Assembly: GCA_009103225.1 (NCBI GenBank)
Contig: RHPI01001037.1
Span: forward strand, 1,092,916-1,156,915
Length of the DNA stretch: 64,000 bases
Direction of reading: 5' to 3'
Source: Chlorokybus atmophyticus
Taxonomy: Eukaryota > Plantae > Mesostigma and Chlorokybus algae
Notes under the pieces: generated by a model
The model's database searches: none
Seen by the model: the letters and a program-made list of their open reading frames with translations, nothing else
What the model was told of the DNA's origin: nothing
In this document: positions 27,910 to 40,490 of the stretch, in pieces
Layout of the letters: the number at the start of each line of letters is the position of its first letter
Position numbering within the stretch: position 1 is the stretch's first letter
Program-made: the position numbers and the translations under genes

Positions 27910-29619
27910 ATGGCTGCTGGGGTCCAGGAGGTCTCGGCTTGGAAAGCAGCAGGGGGATGGGTTCGCCGGTACCAGCACGACAGCAGCTCAGTGGCATGCC
28001 CAATGAAGTTTCACGTGTTTTTCCCACCACAAGCAGACTTAGGCAAAGTGCCTGTAAGTACCCAGTATATGCATATTGGACAAAGACATGTATATGAAAG
28101 CTGTCTGAGCGTGAGTGTCCTCCAGTAGTTTTGTCATGTACGGTGGTGTTGTGCTGCCATGCATGTTCATGACTGCATGTGTTGTGCGCCAGCTATGAAG
28201 GTGTGCATTCATGCTCAAGTAATACGTTCCAGGTGCTGTACTACTTGGCGGGGTTGACGTGTACCGATGAGACCTTCATGCAAAAGGCTGGAGCGCTGAA
28301 GAAAGCAGCGCAGCTGGGCCTCGCAATCGTGACACCGGACACATCCCCTCGTGAGCTGTAGCTGGTTGCATTGTACCTATCACCCTTGCTCGTGCAAGCG
28401 GTGCATGCGTCTTGTAATGGTCTTCTACTTCTACCTAGGGCACATGCTGTTGCAAGAATGAAGTGCATTGCTCTTGATTGATGGTGGCAACTCACATGTG
28501 TGATACTGCAGGAGGACACAACGTTGAGGGTGAAAATGATGACTGGGACTTTGGTGTTGGTGAGTTGTCTTCTGTAAGGTTCTCATGCAGCTGTCCATGG
28601 CTCTGTGAACGTAAAAGTTGAGTTAATGCAGTTTGCAGGTGCTGGCTTTTATCTGAATGCTACGGTTGAAAAATGGAAGCATTGGCGCATGTACGACTAC
28701 GTTTCACAGGTATGGCAAGTTAGTAATGTGCTTTTTGTGTTAGACGCACCCCCCTCCTTACAAAACATGCGTGAGCTTGACGATGCCTTGCAAAACAGGA
28801 ACTTCCTGCACTGCTGAGAGCCAACATGCCATCACTGGATACCAACAACGCCTCTATATTCGGTCATTCCATGGGTGGGCATGGTGCATTGACGCTGGCA
28901 CTAAAGAACCCAGGAACATACAAGGTGCGATGCTGCTGGACAGCTGTGCAGTCTCTAACCAGCAGCTTTGGACATAGCCAATGCGCTTAACGTGTTGTCA
29001 TGTTGTGGCAGTCGTGTTCAGCTTTCGCAGCCATATGCAACCCATCAGACTGCCCGTGGGGCCAGAAGGCGTTTTCAGGCTACCTGGGGGAGGACCGCAG
29101 CACGTGGGAGGTGAGTTGTGGGGTGCAAGAGTGCCCCATGATAATCTGCGCAGGTTCACTGCATAGCATGTTGTTTTGCAACAGTTTGTTTAAATGCGCT
29201 CATTGCTTTCGTGCAGGAGTATGATGCCAGCCTTCTAGCAGCCAAGTACACCGGGAAGCCATTCCCTATTTTGCTAGATCAGGTCAGGAGTTTGTTGCTG
29301 GTGTTGGATGCGATTCTTGCAACCTACCAATCGTGTGCTGTGTTTTTGCTCTCGTTTGGACAACTATTTCCATGGTCGCACCCTGTTAACCCTGCAAATA
29401 AAGTGTCACATCGTGCATCAGTCCAACTGCTGGGTGTTTGTTCAGGGCACTGCCGACAAGTTCTTGAAAGAGGACCAGTTGAAACCTGAGGTCTTTGAGG
29501 AGAGGACAAAGATACCTGCGAAAGTGCGCATGCAAGACTCATACGACCACAGTTACTACTTCATTTCCACTTTTGTCGACGACCATCTGGAGTTGCACGC
29601 CAAGGCTTTGCATGCATGA
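27910..29619 (+). CDS. SFGH: S-formylglutathione hydrolase / esterase D, multi-exon
   Basis: [33 protein letters not shown]|[21 protein letters not shown] (GxSxG), [32 protein letters not shown]. Confidence 0.96.
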
Positions 29620-30311
29620 TAAATCGGAAGCCAAACCAGCGTGGACCATAGCAGAGTCTTGTTTACACCAACTCAGGCTGCAGATTGGCCTGTGTACTAT
29701 ATACGGATTCATTGTCGGCACGTGTGCATGCATGCGCACAGTGCAACTGCGCGCATACAGTTGCGCTGTGACGTAACTGTTGTTGGCCATGTATACAGCC
29801 CATAGGCTTCAAACAATGTAACTGTTGCTACTGCCTCGGTCCCACACAGCTGTTCTTGGCACGCACATGTGTTGCAAAGCTTCAGCTTATCAACATATGA
29901 TCGAGGTCATGTCTTCTTGCAGCAAGAGGTGAATGCATGCTTTGTCATGTGCAACGCAAAATGCTGTAGCGTGTGCAAGCAGGGTGAATTCACATTGCGC
30001 AGGCTGCTTCTGAACAATAAGCAAGAACCTAAATCGCAACACACATTGTCAGCATATGGTACAGATCGTGGTATGTCGTGGTATGAAATACGGATTCACA
30101 ATGAATTATGCAACCTCATTACCCTGGCAGGCAATGCTGCGCATGGGTATCAAGTACCTGCCATTGTCACCAACATGTTGACCAATGAGCAGCAACTTGA
30201 CCAACATTGCAAGTTCATTCAATGTCAGCACTAAACATAGGACTGCAGAGCTGAACTATATACAGGGTAACTATGCGGTGTGAAGTGAGAATGGTAGCCC
30301 CAGCCCTAACT

Positions 30312-32861
30312 TCATGACCCAACAGCTTGGTCAATCAATGACTGCGCCAGCCACAAAAGGCCCAGATCATGCCGCGTCAGCTGCAAGTCCCCGCTCGTTT
30401 GCTGCTCGAAGCCAACCGCATTCAACAACCTAACAGCGCTGTGGTAGCGCCCAACCTTGCGTGCAAACGCAGCATTTGAGCCACGCAATCGCTGGTACTT
30501 GGAGTCAGAAGGTTGGGTGATGATGTTGGACAAGATGGTTCTTAGTGTCTGCAGTGTCATTTGGCACTCATCGGCACTGGTGCTTGCAGTCAACTCGTTC
30601 AACGAGGACCTGATTCTCTCAGCAGCAAGCTCAGCAGCCTCCTGCACTCGCTGCATCTCTTCATCGTGTGGAGCTGCATCTTCAACCTCCATGTTAGGAA
30701 CTTCTTGGTCATCATGTGCAACTGGCTGCGCAGCTTCAGACTGTACGCGGTGCTGTTCAGGTGGCGTGGGGACTTCATGGCTTTCTCCTGATGATACCGA
30801 TGGACCTTCCAACTCTTCAGACTGCCGCAGCTGCTCAGGGGAGCTTACATCTGGCATGCCACTGTCAGGCTGGACTAAACTGGGAGATGCAGGTTGTCGA
30901 CCTTCCATTGTCTCGTCTGATGCTTGCGTAGCAACTGTATTCTGGACGGGCTCTGCTGCTGGCATAGCGGTTGCACTGTGTGCCGCAGCAATGCGTGAGA
31001 GCGCAGCTGAAGCAGCGGCTTGGGCAGCTGGCAAGCCCAAAGCCTTTGCATCAGCATTGCCACCTACGACGCGGCCGCTGGTGGAAGGCACTGGAAGGAC
31101 CTCATCATTGTATGAATCAGAAGGATGAGATGAAGGCGAGCTGACCCCTAATCTGTGTGAGGCGCCTTTGGTCCAGTCGAGTTCCACAACCTCTCTATTG
31201 AGTTGTCGGTCTAACGCGTGGAAGTTTGCGTCGTGCTCGTCATGCACCATGTGCGCCAGCTCATGCAGCAGTGTCTTGCGGATGGAGTCGTACTTGCGAA
31301 AACCCCTGAGATCATCTGTGCGAAGCCGGAGGGATATCTCCTGCCCTCTATTCTTGTTGTAGCCGAGCAGACACTTTGGGCTAACTCCCACATAACCAAC
31401 TGGAGCAAGCTCTGCGCACAACACTACAGTAAGTAAAACAATTGTACCCTCTGCGACAACACTTCCCCACCAATGCCATTAAGTCTTGCCTGTCATGATG
31501 CCCACACTCCAACGATGCGTCTTCATGACAGCCACAATGCCGGGATCAGCGGCAAGCTTGTGCATGAGCTCAAGCGCCTTCTCCTTGGGAGGACTCAGCT
31601 CGACTCCCGGTAGCTGCAGTGGAATGTAACTTCCGAACGTATACTCACCACTTGGTGCTGTGAATGTCGCCTGCATGCACAAGCAGTACGTCACCACTAC
31701 AACACGGGATGCATAAGCAAGGATGGAATGCACAACACCATACACTCAACACCTGAGCATATGACTCGGCCCAGTACTTACTATGCAATAGTAGGCCTGC
31801 TAAAATCAACGGTGTGTTTTGCACATGTACATGGCATACGCACCTTCTCATAGCGTGCCCTGCGACTTGCTCGTGCAGCTTCAGCGTCAAACGATGCAAT
31901 ACGGCCTGCAAGTTGCTGCATGCGCTCCTCTTCGTCTCGGCCCTGCTGTAGCTCACTTTGCAGCGGTCCCAGTAACTTAAAAGTCTGCCCTGACGATATG
32001 CATTCAGCAAGCTGCATGGGTCCGTGCTCATCGCCACCTGGCAGCAGCGGAGGAGCGCCCTATGGAACACCAAAGCGATCAGAAAGGAGGACACGTTAGC
32101 CTATGTGATGTGATGTTACGTTGAGATGAGCTAACAAACAAGCTCTACAAAACTGAGCTTGGCGATGACAGAGGGCTGCTGCATCAACATAGCCGTATGG
32201 ACACTGACACATCACATAATACCGCATACCAAAGAAGCATGCACATCACGACTAAATGATGGCGCGTACTGCTCTTGGAAGATGATCGCGGCTGTATCGG
32301 ACATGAATCGGGTGTGTTGCGGCACACAATCTACAAACACGCATCTGAAACAGAAAAGCATGCTGTGCGTTGTGCATGCTCATAAACAAAGTGCTGTAAT
32401 GGCTACATCACAATAATACACGCAACCACCAAAGTACAAATCTCTCGCTGATGTAATCAACTTCAATGAGAGCATAACTGTGAAGGCGACGGCTATACCA
32501 CAGTCCTTTTGCTGGAGTCAATTGTTCGTGAAAACAAAGTTACCAAACTTTCCTGTAGGAAATCAACCACAAAAACAAAGCAAGTCTGCAAAGAAAAACC
32601 TACAAGGCAGCCCAGAACCCAGAATTCAGCTCCTGTTACCTTTGTTATCAGTCGCATAGCGGAAGCGGCAGCGCCGGTGCGCTCAGCCAAGACACCTGCC
32701 ACATCCTTCATAGACATCTCGGCAGGTAGAGCCAGCCGAAACTGCCTACCCCTGTAGTTCACACCAACCTCCACCATCTCCTGGTCTTCCGCGCCCCCTC
32801 TCGTCTCCTCTCGGGCCAACCGCACCTCCTCCTCCGCCGCCGCCTCCATGGCGCCAAGCAT
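30312..32861 (-). CDS. WSS1B: Ubiquitin-like + WLM (Wss1-like) metalloprotease + PUB domain protein, multi-exon
   Basis: UBL-like VEVGVNYRGRQFRLALP; WLM segments LAADPGIVAVMKTHRWSVGIMT|ELAPVGYVGVSPKCLLGYNKNRGQEISLRLRTDDLRGFRKYDSIRKTLLHELAHMVH (HExxH); PUB-like LRTILSNIITQPSDSKYQRLRGSNAAF. The start could be ATG 32861 or 32849. Confidence 0.9.
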
Positions 32862-33818
32862 ACCTCTACCAGACTCGGCCAAGGCGCTTCCGAGCTGACC
32901 GCCAGCGCCCACCTGCGCCACACGTCAGCAATACGCAGTGCGCGACACAGCTCCGCACGTTCCAGAAGCTCTTCGCTAGCAGCGAAAACGTAAGCGAGTT
33001 GGAACCTCACTAGCGTCTTGCTAACACGTAAGCTAGCGGTTCTATCGTTCGGCTTCTTCTTGGCGCCAGCTGCTTGCCGCGCAAACAATTCAAAGCTTGT
33101 GTGCGGCAAGCTTTCCGTCAGCGCTGCGGGCGTTGGTGTGGGTGTGGTCGTGGTCGTGGGCGTTGCTGGCGCTGTAGGCACGGGCTTGCTGGTTGTGTGT
33201 GACGCTAGCCTCGGTGCGTTGCTGAGCAGTTGTTCTCATCACATTGGTCTGTTGGTCGCATGCTCCGGCGTGTATGATCCGGAGTTGTGCTGGATGTTTC
33301 TGGCTGCGCTACGGCGGCTAGACCAGCTAGTTGAGAGCCGGACGATGATGCTGGTGGTACTTCCGTGAGTGATTGCGTTGGTTCCGAGTGCTGATGGCGA
33401 CTTGACATCTAAACACCCGCAGGCAAGTAGCAGAACTAACTTGGCTGAGCTTGCTGTAGCTCGCAGCCGCAAGCTCGATCAAACGCCTGTATAATGTGTC
33501 GTGAAGTGCAGATTTTCCTTTGCACTGCGCGCAATGCCATATCTTGCGCTTTAACCGTAGAGCGCACTTGACTGTCGGTTGAAAGCGTTGCCTACGGTGT
33601 CACTATGTCGTGAAGCTCCTAGTTGGCCCCAAATTGCTGCCATTGCATGCATTGTCAAACTTTGCATGTATTGTCTCCTAAGCGAACGTAGTGCATGATG
33701 ATTTGCTTATAAGTAGAAAAGCGTTCTTTTTTTCTCTAGTATTATTTCTCAAAAGATGGCATGTGCAACTGCTGACCAGCGCAGTTCTGCTTATGGCAGG
33801 CGTTTCGCAGGTCTGGCG

Positions 33819-36503
33819 ATGAAGGTCAAGACGTTGCAGATTGTCTGGCATACAAAAGAGCCTGTGCTTACTCTCGAATTCCACCCCAAGGACTTGCACT
33901 TGCTTGTGACGGGAGGCGCTGACAAAGATATCAAGGTGAGCCAACAATCGTGTGTAACACATCGCACACATTGCTAGCCTGTTCGGCATCACGTTCTCAT
34001 GTAGCCAATCTTGTCCCCATGCAACTACCACTGCGAGTTAAGCGTCCATAACAGCTTGTGTGGCTGTATGCAGCTTTGGCAAGTCAGCGTTGATGCTAAT
34101 GGAGAGCCCTGTGCCACATTTCTCAACGACCTGGAGTACCACTCGAAGACAGTGAATGCTGTCCGCTTTTCGCCTTCCGGTAAGTGGGAGTAAGTCCGCG
34201 TACATTATGTGTGTTTTACAGCCGCAATTACCGTTTTATGTAGCTGACATTGCGAACGCAGGTGATCTGTTGGCATCAGCTGGTGATGGTGAGCATTGCT
34301 TTGTCAATGTCATGCTCTGCCAGCATCGTGTTACTGCCATGTTAAAAGGTTTGTTCGTGTCAAACAGATGGTGAGCTTGTGCTTTGGCGAGCCGTGAATG
34401 AAACTGGCGTGTGGAAGCCGTCAACTATGTTGCGGTGAGTACCATGCCTGCATGTCTGGCTAGTTCAAAGCCAGTATGACCTTGCGGAATGCGTCTTTCC
34501 ATGCGAAGCCTACACCCTGCCATCGTGGAGAAGTTTACGCTTGTATGCTTGTTTTGCACGCATAGTGGCCACCAAAGGGACGTCCAAGACATCTCTTGGG
34601 CTACTACTGGTGACTGCTTGCTGTCAGGTTCTGTGGACAACACGTCAATCGTTTGGGACACGGTCAAAGGCAAGGGTTGCTGCTGCTTCGCACTGTTGCG
34701 TTGATGACGACCTGGTACCATAAGTTTGCCCATGACCTTGCCAGGACGTCAGCTTCAAGTGCTGGACGATCACAGGCATTACATTCAAGGAGTTGCATGG
34801 GACCCTGTGGGCAAGTTCCTAGCCACCCAGAGTTGTGATCGATCCTGTCGCGTATATGCCCACGGGCTCAATGCCAAGAGAGGCCGGGGAGGTGGCAAGA
34901 GTAAAGGCAGCACGAATCTGTATGCAAGCCAGCATGTGCTGGCAAAGACAGATTTGCCGCAAGCAGCCACTGCGGAGGCAGCTGATCCCTCAAAGGTAGT
35001 CTGCTAGCACTGCCGTGCTGGTTGTTGTTTGCAGTGCTAAGCCAAGCTGCAGCAGGAAGATGGAAAGAAGCCAGCAAAGGAGTACATCTTTCACGACGAG
35101 AACATGCCCTCCTTCTTCAGGCGCTTGGCATGGTCACCGGATGGGTCCTTCCTGGTCTTGCCAGCAGGTGAATGGCTGGCATATTATTACAGTCACTACT
35201 TGCTATTGGAACTGTTGGAACTATTGGAACTATTGGAACTATACCTGCATGCTGTACAGGCTTGCACAGAAAGATGGCGGACGTTCCAGCTGTCAATGCA
35301 GCATATGTATATAGCCGGAGAGACTGGACAAAGTAAGTTCATTGCTGGCAGCTTCCCTGTTCTTTCAGTTGATAGTGTGTCCTACCCAGACCCATGATGA
35401 CTCTGCAGGCCAGCATTGTTGATACCAGGTGGCGGGAAAGCTACTGTCGCAGTTCGATTTTGCCCTGTTGTGTTTGAGCTGGAAAGGGGGACAAAAGCCA
35501 CAGGTCTGTTGACGAATGCCTCTGCAAGCAGGCTACATGAATGGTAAAGTCAAAGGTTGTACTCACGACTGTTGTTGACCATTTCAACAGGAGCTTTTGA
35601 CCTGCCATATAGCATGGTTTTCGCTGTAGCCACGCTCGACACCGTCTTCTTGTACACTACACAGCGCTCGCAACCCCTTGCTATACTAGCAGGCCTGCAC
35701 ATGGCAGCCATAACTGACCTGGCATGGTGAGTCCCAAGGAGACAAGGTCGTGCATGTGCGCACTTCTGCCCGCTATCCGCAATGTAGCCTTATTGAACAA
35801 ACTCGACAAACGCATGCACAGGTCCCGGGACGCACGATACCTGGCCATCTCTTCTGCTGATGGCTACTGCTCAATCGCAACCTTTGCACCGGATGAGCTG
35901 GGCACGCCCGCTTCACTGCAAGGTAGCCCCATATGGACATGACATTGCTCTGTCACGCAATGCTGCATTCGATACAACTGCAACATCATCTGCAAGTAGC
36001 TGCCGCACATGTGCCTTGTGTATGCACATCCCAGGTTGCAACATGCATAGGCATTGTGATGACAAATGCTTAATTCCCGTGCCTTGTGTGCAGACCTGCC
36101 GGAACACATTGCCACACTGCTGCAGCTTCCCGTATCATCCTCTCCAACAGCACATCGGCACGCCAACGACAGCCCATATCAAGCGGCGCCATCCAACTAT
36201 GCTGCTGGTGGTGAGGCGACTGCGACGTGCCAAGTGGAGAGACTTGCCGCAGAGGCTGGCAGGCATGTTCAACAGCAGGCACCAAAAGTCATCAACGTTG
36301 ATGTGGATGTCAACACACAACCGGCTGAGGCCAGTCCTGCCGCCAAGGAGCCTTCCCTGCCCACAGAAAGACCCGCTTGCACACCGGCTAGTGTAGCGCT
36401 GAGAACAAGCGTTGCCTTGCCACAAGCCGCGTCTGCAGCTCAGCCCAAAGCAGAGAAGCGTAGGATAGTACCAATGGCTGTTCATATTGCTCGGCAGCCA
36501 TAG
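33819..36503 (+). CDS. FAS2: Chromatin assembly factor 1 subunit B (p60/FAS2/Cac2), WD40, multi-exon
   Basis: [11 protein letters not shown]; [14 protein letters not shown]; [11 protein letters not shown]; [29 protein letters not shown]; [19 protein letters not shown]; [10 protein letters not shown]; [10 protein letters not shown]; C-terminal KRRIVP motif. Confidence 0.95.
35203..35242 (+). repeat. 9-bp tandem repeat (CTATTGGAA, about 4.5 copies) inside a FAS2 intron
   Basis: ctattggaa ctgttggaa ctattggaa ctattggaa ctat. Confidence 0.95.
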
Positions 36504-36814
36504 TTGACAACATTGGTCTACATATGTATACACTACTCTACTAATGCTGAATTGGAGGCAACATAGCGCTCTTAGAAGTTCGTTCTTGCTTGCTGCACGG
36601 CATAGATGCTTGAACAAGAATATGGCTTCCACTGTCTAGCATGCATGTTGCCACCACGCGTTTTGCGAGTCCCGTGTCACACACACCACGTACATAAACA
36701 ATTGCTGTGTGAGTGAAAGCAGTGTTGGCCTGAAAACTTCAGTTGTTCGTGTTGTGGTCCGTTGCCGCCAGCAGCAGGCACATAGGCGCCACCCTCGATG
36801 GCACCTATGTATAG

Positions 36815-37574
36815 ATGACTGCATATGACCGACGTGAACATACTCCTCTGCACACCAAGTCCAATAAAAATGTCATGCATGTGTCAATGTGCCCGGCAAG
36901 ATCACGCATTGTGAGCCAAGCTGCCTGGCCTCTAGAGCAAGCCCATGCACGCATCATCGCTTCAAACAGCGCACATTTTCGACCATACGCTGACGTGACG
37001 CATGTAGGTGCATACATTCCGGACCCCTCTAGTTCACACTATGCAGCTAGGTGAATCACGTTAATAGCAGAAGGACGGAGCTGGCCAGAACTGCAACCCT
37101 TGCGCAGCCAAGGCGGAGCTGGTAAGGCAATCATGTTGACAGCTCAACTGCCTTCAAGGCGTCTAACGGTACTCACGAAGCAACCAGCAGTACCACTTCC
37201 GGAGCCCTGGAGCTGGGACATACACTGCACGCCGACCCGACTATGACAGAAAGGAGCCTGTGCCTGTACCCAAGCTCCATCTTGCTGTAGATAGTTTCTT
37301 TGTGTAGTATACGCATAGCCCAGCAACTGACCGCCTCCATGTAATGCACTTGTCGTGCTCCTGCTGTTACGCTAGCAGCATTCACCATCCCACGTCAGGT
37401 GTGTTTGTGGACGGCGTGCTGTACGAAATCTCTTACAAGGCTGCCAAACAACCAGACTTAAGATGCGTACTGGTCGCACCGCGCAATGCAGCACCGCCAG
37501 CACCATACTATGCAAGAACTTGGCAATTTGGTTCATGCCAAGGTCCGGTTGCAAAGGACCGTATCGCGTATTGA
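36815..37574 (+). pseudogene. Possible decayed reading frame convergent with the helicase-like relic
   Basis: Protein-like fragments PDYDRKEPVPVPKLHLAVDSFFV* and (after a GT..AG gap) GVFVDGVLYEISYKAAKQPDLRCVLVAPR. No intact long ORF and no family recognised. Confidence 0.3.
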
Positions 37575-37757
37575 CAGAGAGAGCATCCCTAGATCTGCCT
37601 TTGCAATTGAGACTTGAACAACACACACCAGAGCAAACAGGACTGTGTAGACCTAGTATACGTTGGGTAGAACATTCAATGGGTTATCCCCATTGATTAC
37701 ATTAAGCAAACCTGATACGTAAACTCCTTGTAGCGGCTTGCAATAACATTATACCAA

Positions 37758-39922
37758 CTAGAGAAACCGAATACCGCTGGCAGTGAGTTTGTATACTTTC
37801 CGTGTCTTCATGACGAGCAGCTTCTTCTTGCATAACTTGTGGACAAAACATCCGTGCGATGTAGCTTCGTATGGGTCATGACCGCGAGAGAGCAAATCCA
37901 TACATATGTGACGAGAGAGTCCCATCCCCTTTCTCTGAAATGATCGAGCTTTGCAACAGCTTCACCCGCTTGAAATCATCTTCTCCAGGCGATCGCTGAA
38001 GAGCTGTCAAGTCTTCCTTCCCCCACTGCCATCTGCAACAACGTGTTAAGAGCTTGCAGGTGAATACCATGAAACAAGGTTACTTGAGTTTGTATTCTCC
38101 AACTCATTATCTGGACTGTCGATATCATTGTTGACATGCTTGAAATCCTAGATGCTCGACCTGAGATGACTATCCACCGCCTTACCCGTGATGGAACGCC
38201 CGCAATGCAGCAAAGGCGGACAGTCCACACCGAATACCACCTGAGTATACAAGCATGAGTGCCATGCAATGGACACCACTGCAATCGAGCTCCGGCACCT
38301 TGTCACTTTTTTTGAAATTCACGATAGCTTCGGTGGTATTGGTCCCTAGGGTACAGAGTAGTAATTTCAAGTTAATAATTTGGCAACGTCGTCGTGACTG
38401 CGAACGGCGTGATAATCCGGTTCGCTGATAAGAATGTCGGCGCCAGCTTCGATGCCGTAATCGCGGCGGGCGTCGATGGTAGTGCCCTGAAACCTCGACG
38501 CCTGCTTCATAATGCTAGTGTGGCGAGCTATTCCCATGTTGGTGATCATGTGCGTCATCACGCGATGCTGCGAGCTGATAGATACGCTCCGCGACACACA
38601 TTCCATTGCGACAATCACCACGAGCATCTCCAGCGTGTAGGTCTGATCAACCCAATCAATGCCGGCACTCACATACCGTGTATTCAAGCCACGCTCGTCT
38701 AAGAACGACTATCTCTTTGTGACATGGTTGTACCACTCTACACCATTCTGACTCACCAAGAGCACCACCTTCAGAGGGCTATGCCATGCGGTGGGGCTCT
38801 TTAACGTTATCTCGGCAGCCACAAACTCGGCAATCTTTGTGCAGTTGACGTAATCCGCTCTCGGGGGGTTGCCCCTCAAGTTGTTCAGGGTGACGCTGAT
38901 TTGCATCAGCAAGCTGAAAGCCCGGATCTAGTTCTCCGGGGGCAATAACCCTTTGGCTATAACGGACTCCAACTGCAGGTTCGAGCGAATGGTAGGATAC
39001 AGACGCCGCAGCTCGGGTGGTGAACGCCTTGCAAAGTCGTGGTACATCTTTGTGGCCTACATGGCATGGCAAAGTGAGACACACACTGAGATGACTCGGT
39101 CGATAAGACATAAGACAGACAATTTACCTTCTTGCATTGGGCGGTGTTCCAGTTGCTGGTCTTAGCGTCATCTGGAGAGGTGAACATATTTTGATATGGT
39201 CGCACTTCCTTGACGTCCGCTATTTTGTTTCTCGCTATCACATCATCCCTTGCGACGATAGCCTTGAACGGATGATCGTTGCGGAGCTGCCATGAGACGC
39301 AACCTATTGGCGTGGTGGTGACGTGGAAAAGGTGCGACACCGCGTTGTTACGGACCAGGTTTTAAACACCTTCAGACGATCGAGCATTTTTACAGCATCA
39401 CCCGACATCAAGACATTGGCCTCGTCTAGGGCGAGCACTATAGGCTTCTCCGCGGCTAGCTGCAACTTGTTGAGAGCCACATGACTCCCCAGAAGCACCA
39501 GCACCACCTGCCCACGATCAATCGGCACTTGTCAGCCTGGAATATGTTCCACTGACTCTGGTCGCTAGTTTGCACGACGCCGATGGACTGTTTGGTTTAA
39601 AACAATAGCAGCATTTTTAGCGAATCAGTCAGGCCCTGCATCGACATGATTGTATCCATAAGGACAATCGTACTTGGCTTGCCTATAACGTAACAAATCA
39701 CCGCCATGTACGTCAATAGAGAAGTCTTCCCGGATTGACACGGCGTCAGAAAATAACCCACCCTGTTGATGCGAACGCCCTGTGTGCGCAGCAGTAACAT
39801 TAACATAGCTGCATGCAATGCCCCTAGGTGAAATAAAATCTTACGTGTGAACGCCATCCTCCTCTCCGCTCGAGAACACCAGCGCCGACCGCAGCGTCAG
39901 GGCGTTGAAGCAGTATAGTCAT
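37758..39922 (-). pseudogene. Intron-containing pseudogene of an SF2-helicase-like ATPase (Z1-associated/viral-like motif pattern)
   Basis: Ordered motifs: VGYFLTPCQSGKT (39723-39737), LALDEAN (39415-39426), FHVTTTP (39308-39322), VVIVAMECVSRSVSIS, IMKQASRFQG (38485-38505). Two GT-AG introns (39763-39844, 39057-39127) join frames. At least 4 in-frame stops and about 3 frameshifts. Confidence 0.6.
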
Positions 39923-40490
39923 TTACCACATCGGCATATGTCACAGATGCCGATTATGCCGCCTCGATCCGGAGGGTACAAGAGGAGGAAGAGCTCATAC
40001 GCCAAGCACTTGCAACAAAGCATATGAAATTACAGCGCCTTAAATGCTAGAGCCTCCTGCAGAAACGGAGAGCGCGCGATCTAGCGGGGCGTGCTTTTAG
40101 AGTGCCACAACTGACTCCGCAAACCGCTACACAGATGGACGACGGGGAGTGCACGTCTGCGAGTAGTGTTGGTTGTGATGGGCCAATTGTTCTTTGGGCG
40201 GAGAGCTTGCCAAAAGAGGTTCGTTTTCTGCACCTTCCGTTGGCTTAAAGATCGCAGTGTTTGTCATGCGGAGCCGTCGATGCGTTGCTGAAGTGTAGCA
40301 AGTGTCACTGCCACGTCCTTTGCGACGGATGCGCGGATGGAAGAGCTGGTCCGCCTCATGGGCAAACCAGATGAGCTCGAAGAGGTTCATAAATACTTGG
40401 ACGCTCCGCTCAACACTCCGTACTTCAGTTACATGACCCGACGACATGGGCATTCCACCGTCTTCTTATCAGAATCGCAGTCATCGTCTA
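39918..40490 (+). pseudogene. Possible decayed coiled-coil + Cys-cluster (Zn-finger-like) gene fragment
   Basis: DADYAASIRRVQEEEELIRQALATKHMKLQRLKC*...LPKE|CLSCGAVDALLKCSKCHCHVLCDGC, then a shifted frame MEELVRLMGKPDELEEVHKYLDAP. It could partly be an antisense shadow of the minus-strand frame. Confidence 0.3.

Noticed and set aside
35203-35242. Short direct repeats as a possible CRISPR-like array
   Set aside because: These are 9-bp head-to-tail units with no spacers, inside a spliceosomal intron.
38709-39567. Alternative genetic code (TAG = Gln) as the reason for in-frame TAGs in the helicase relic
   Set aside because: Housekeeping genes here end at TAG at their conserved C-termini (TMN ...VKAD*, Deg, FAS2), and the relic also has TGA stops and frameshifts.
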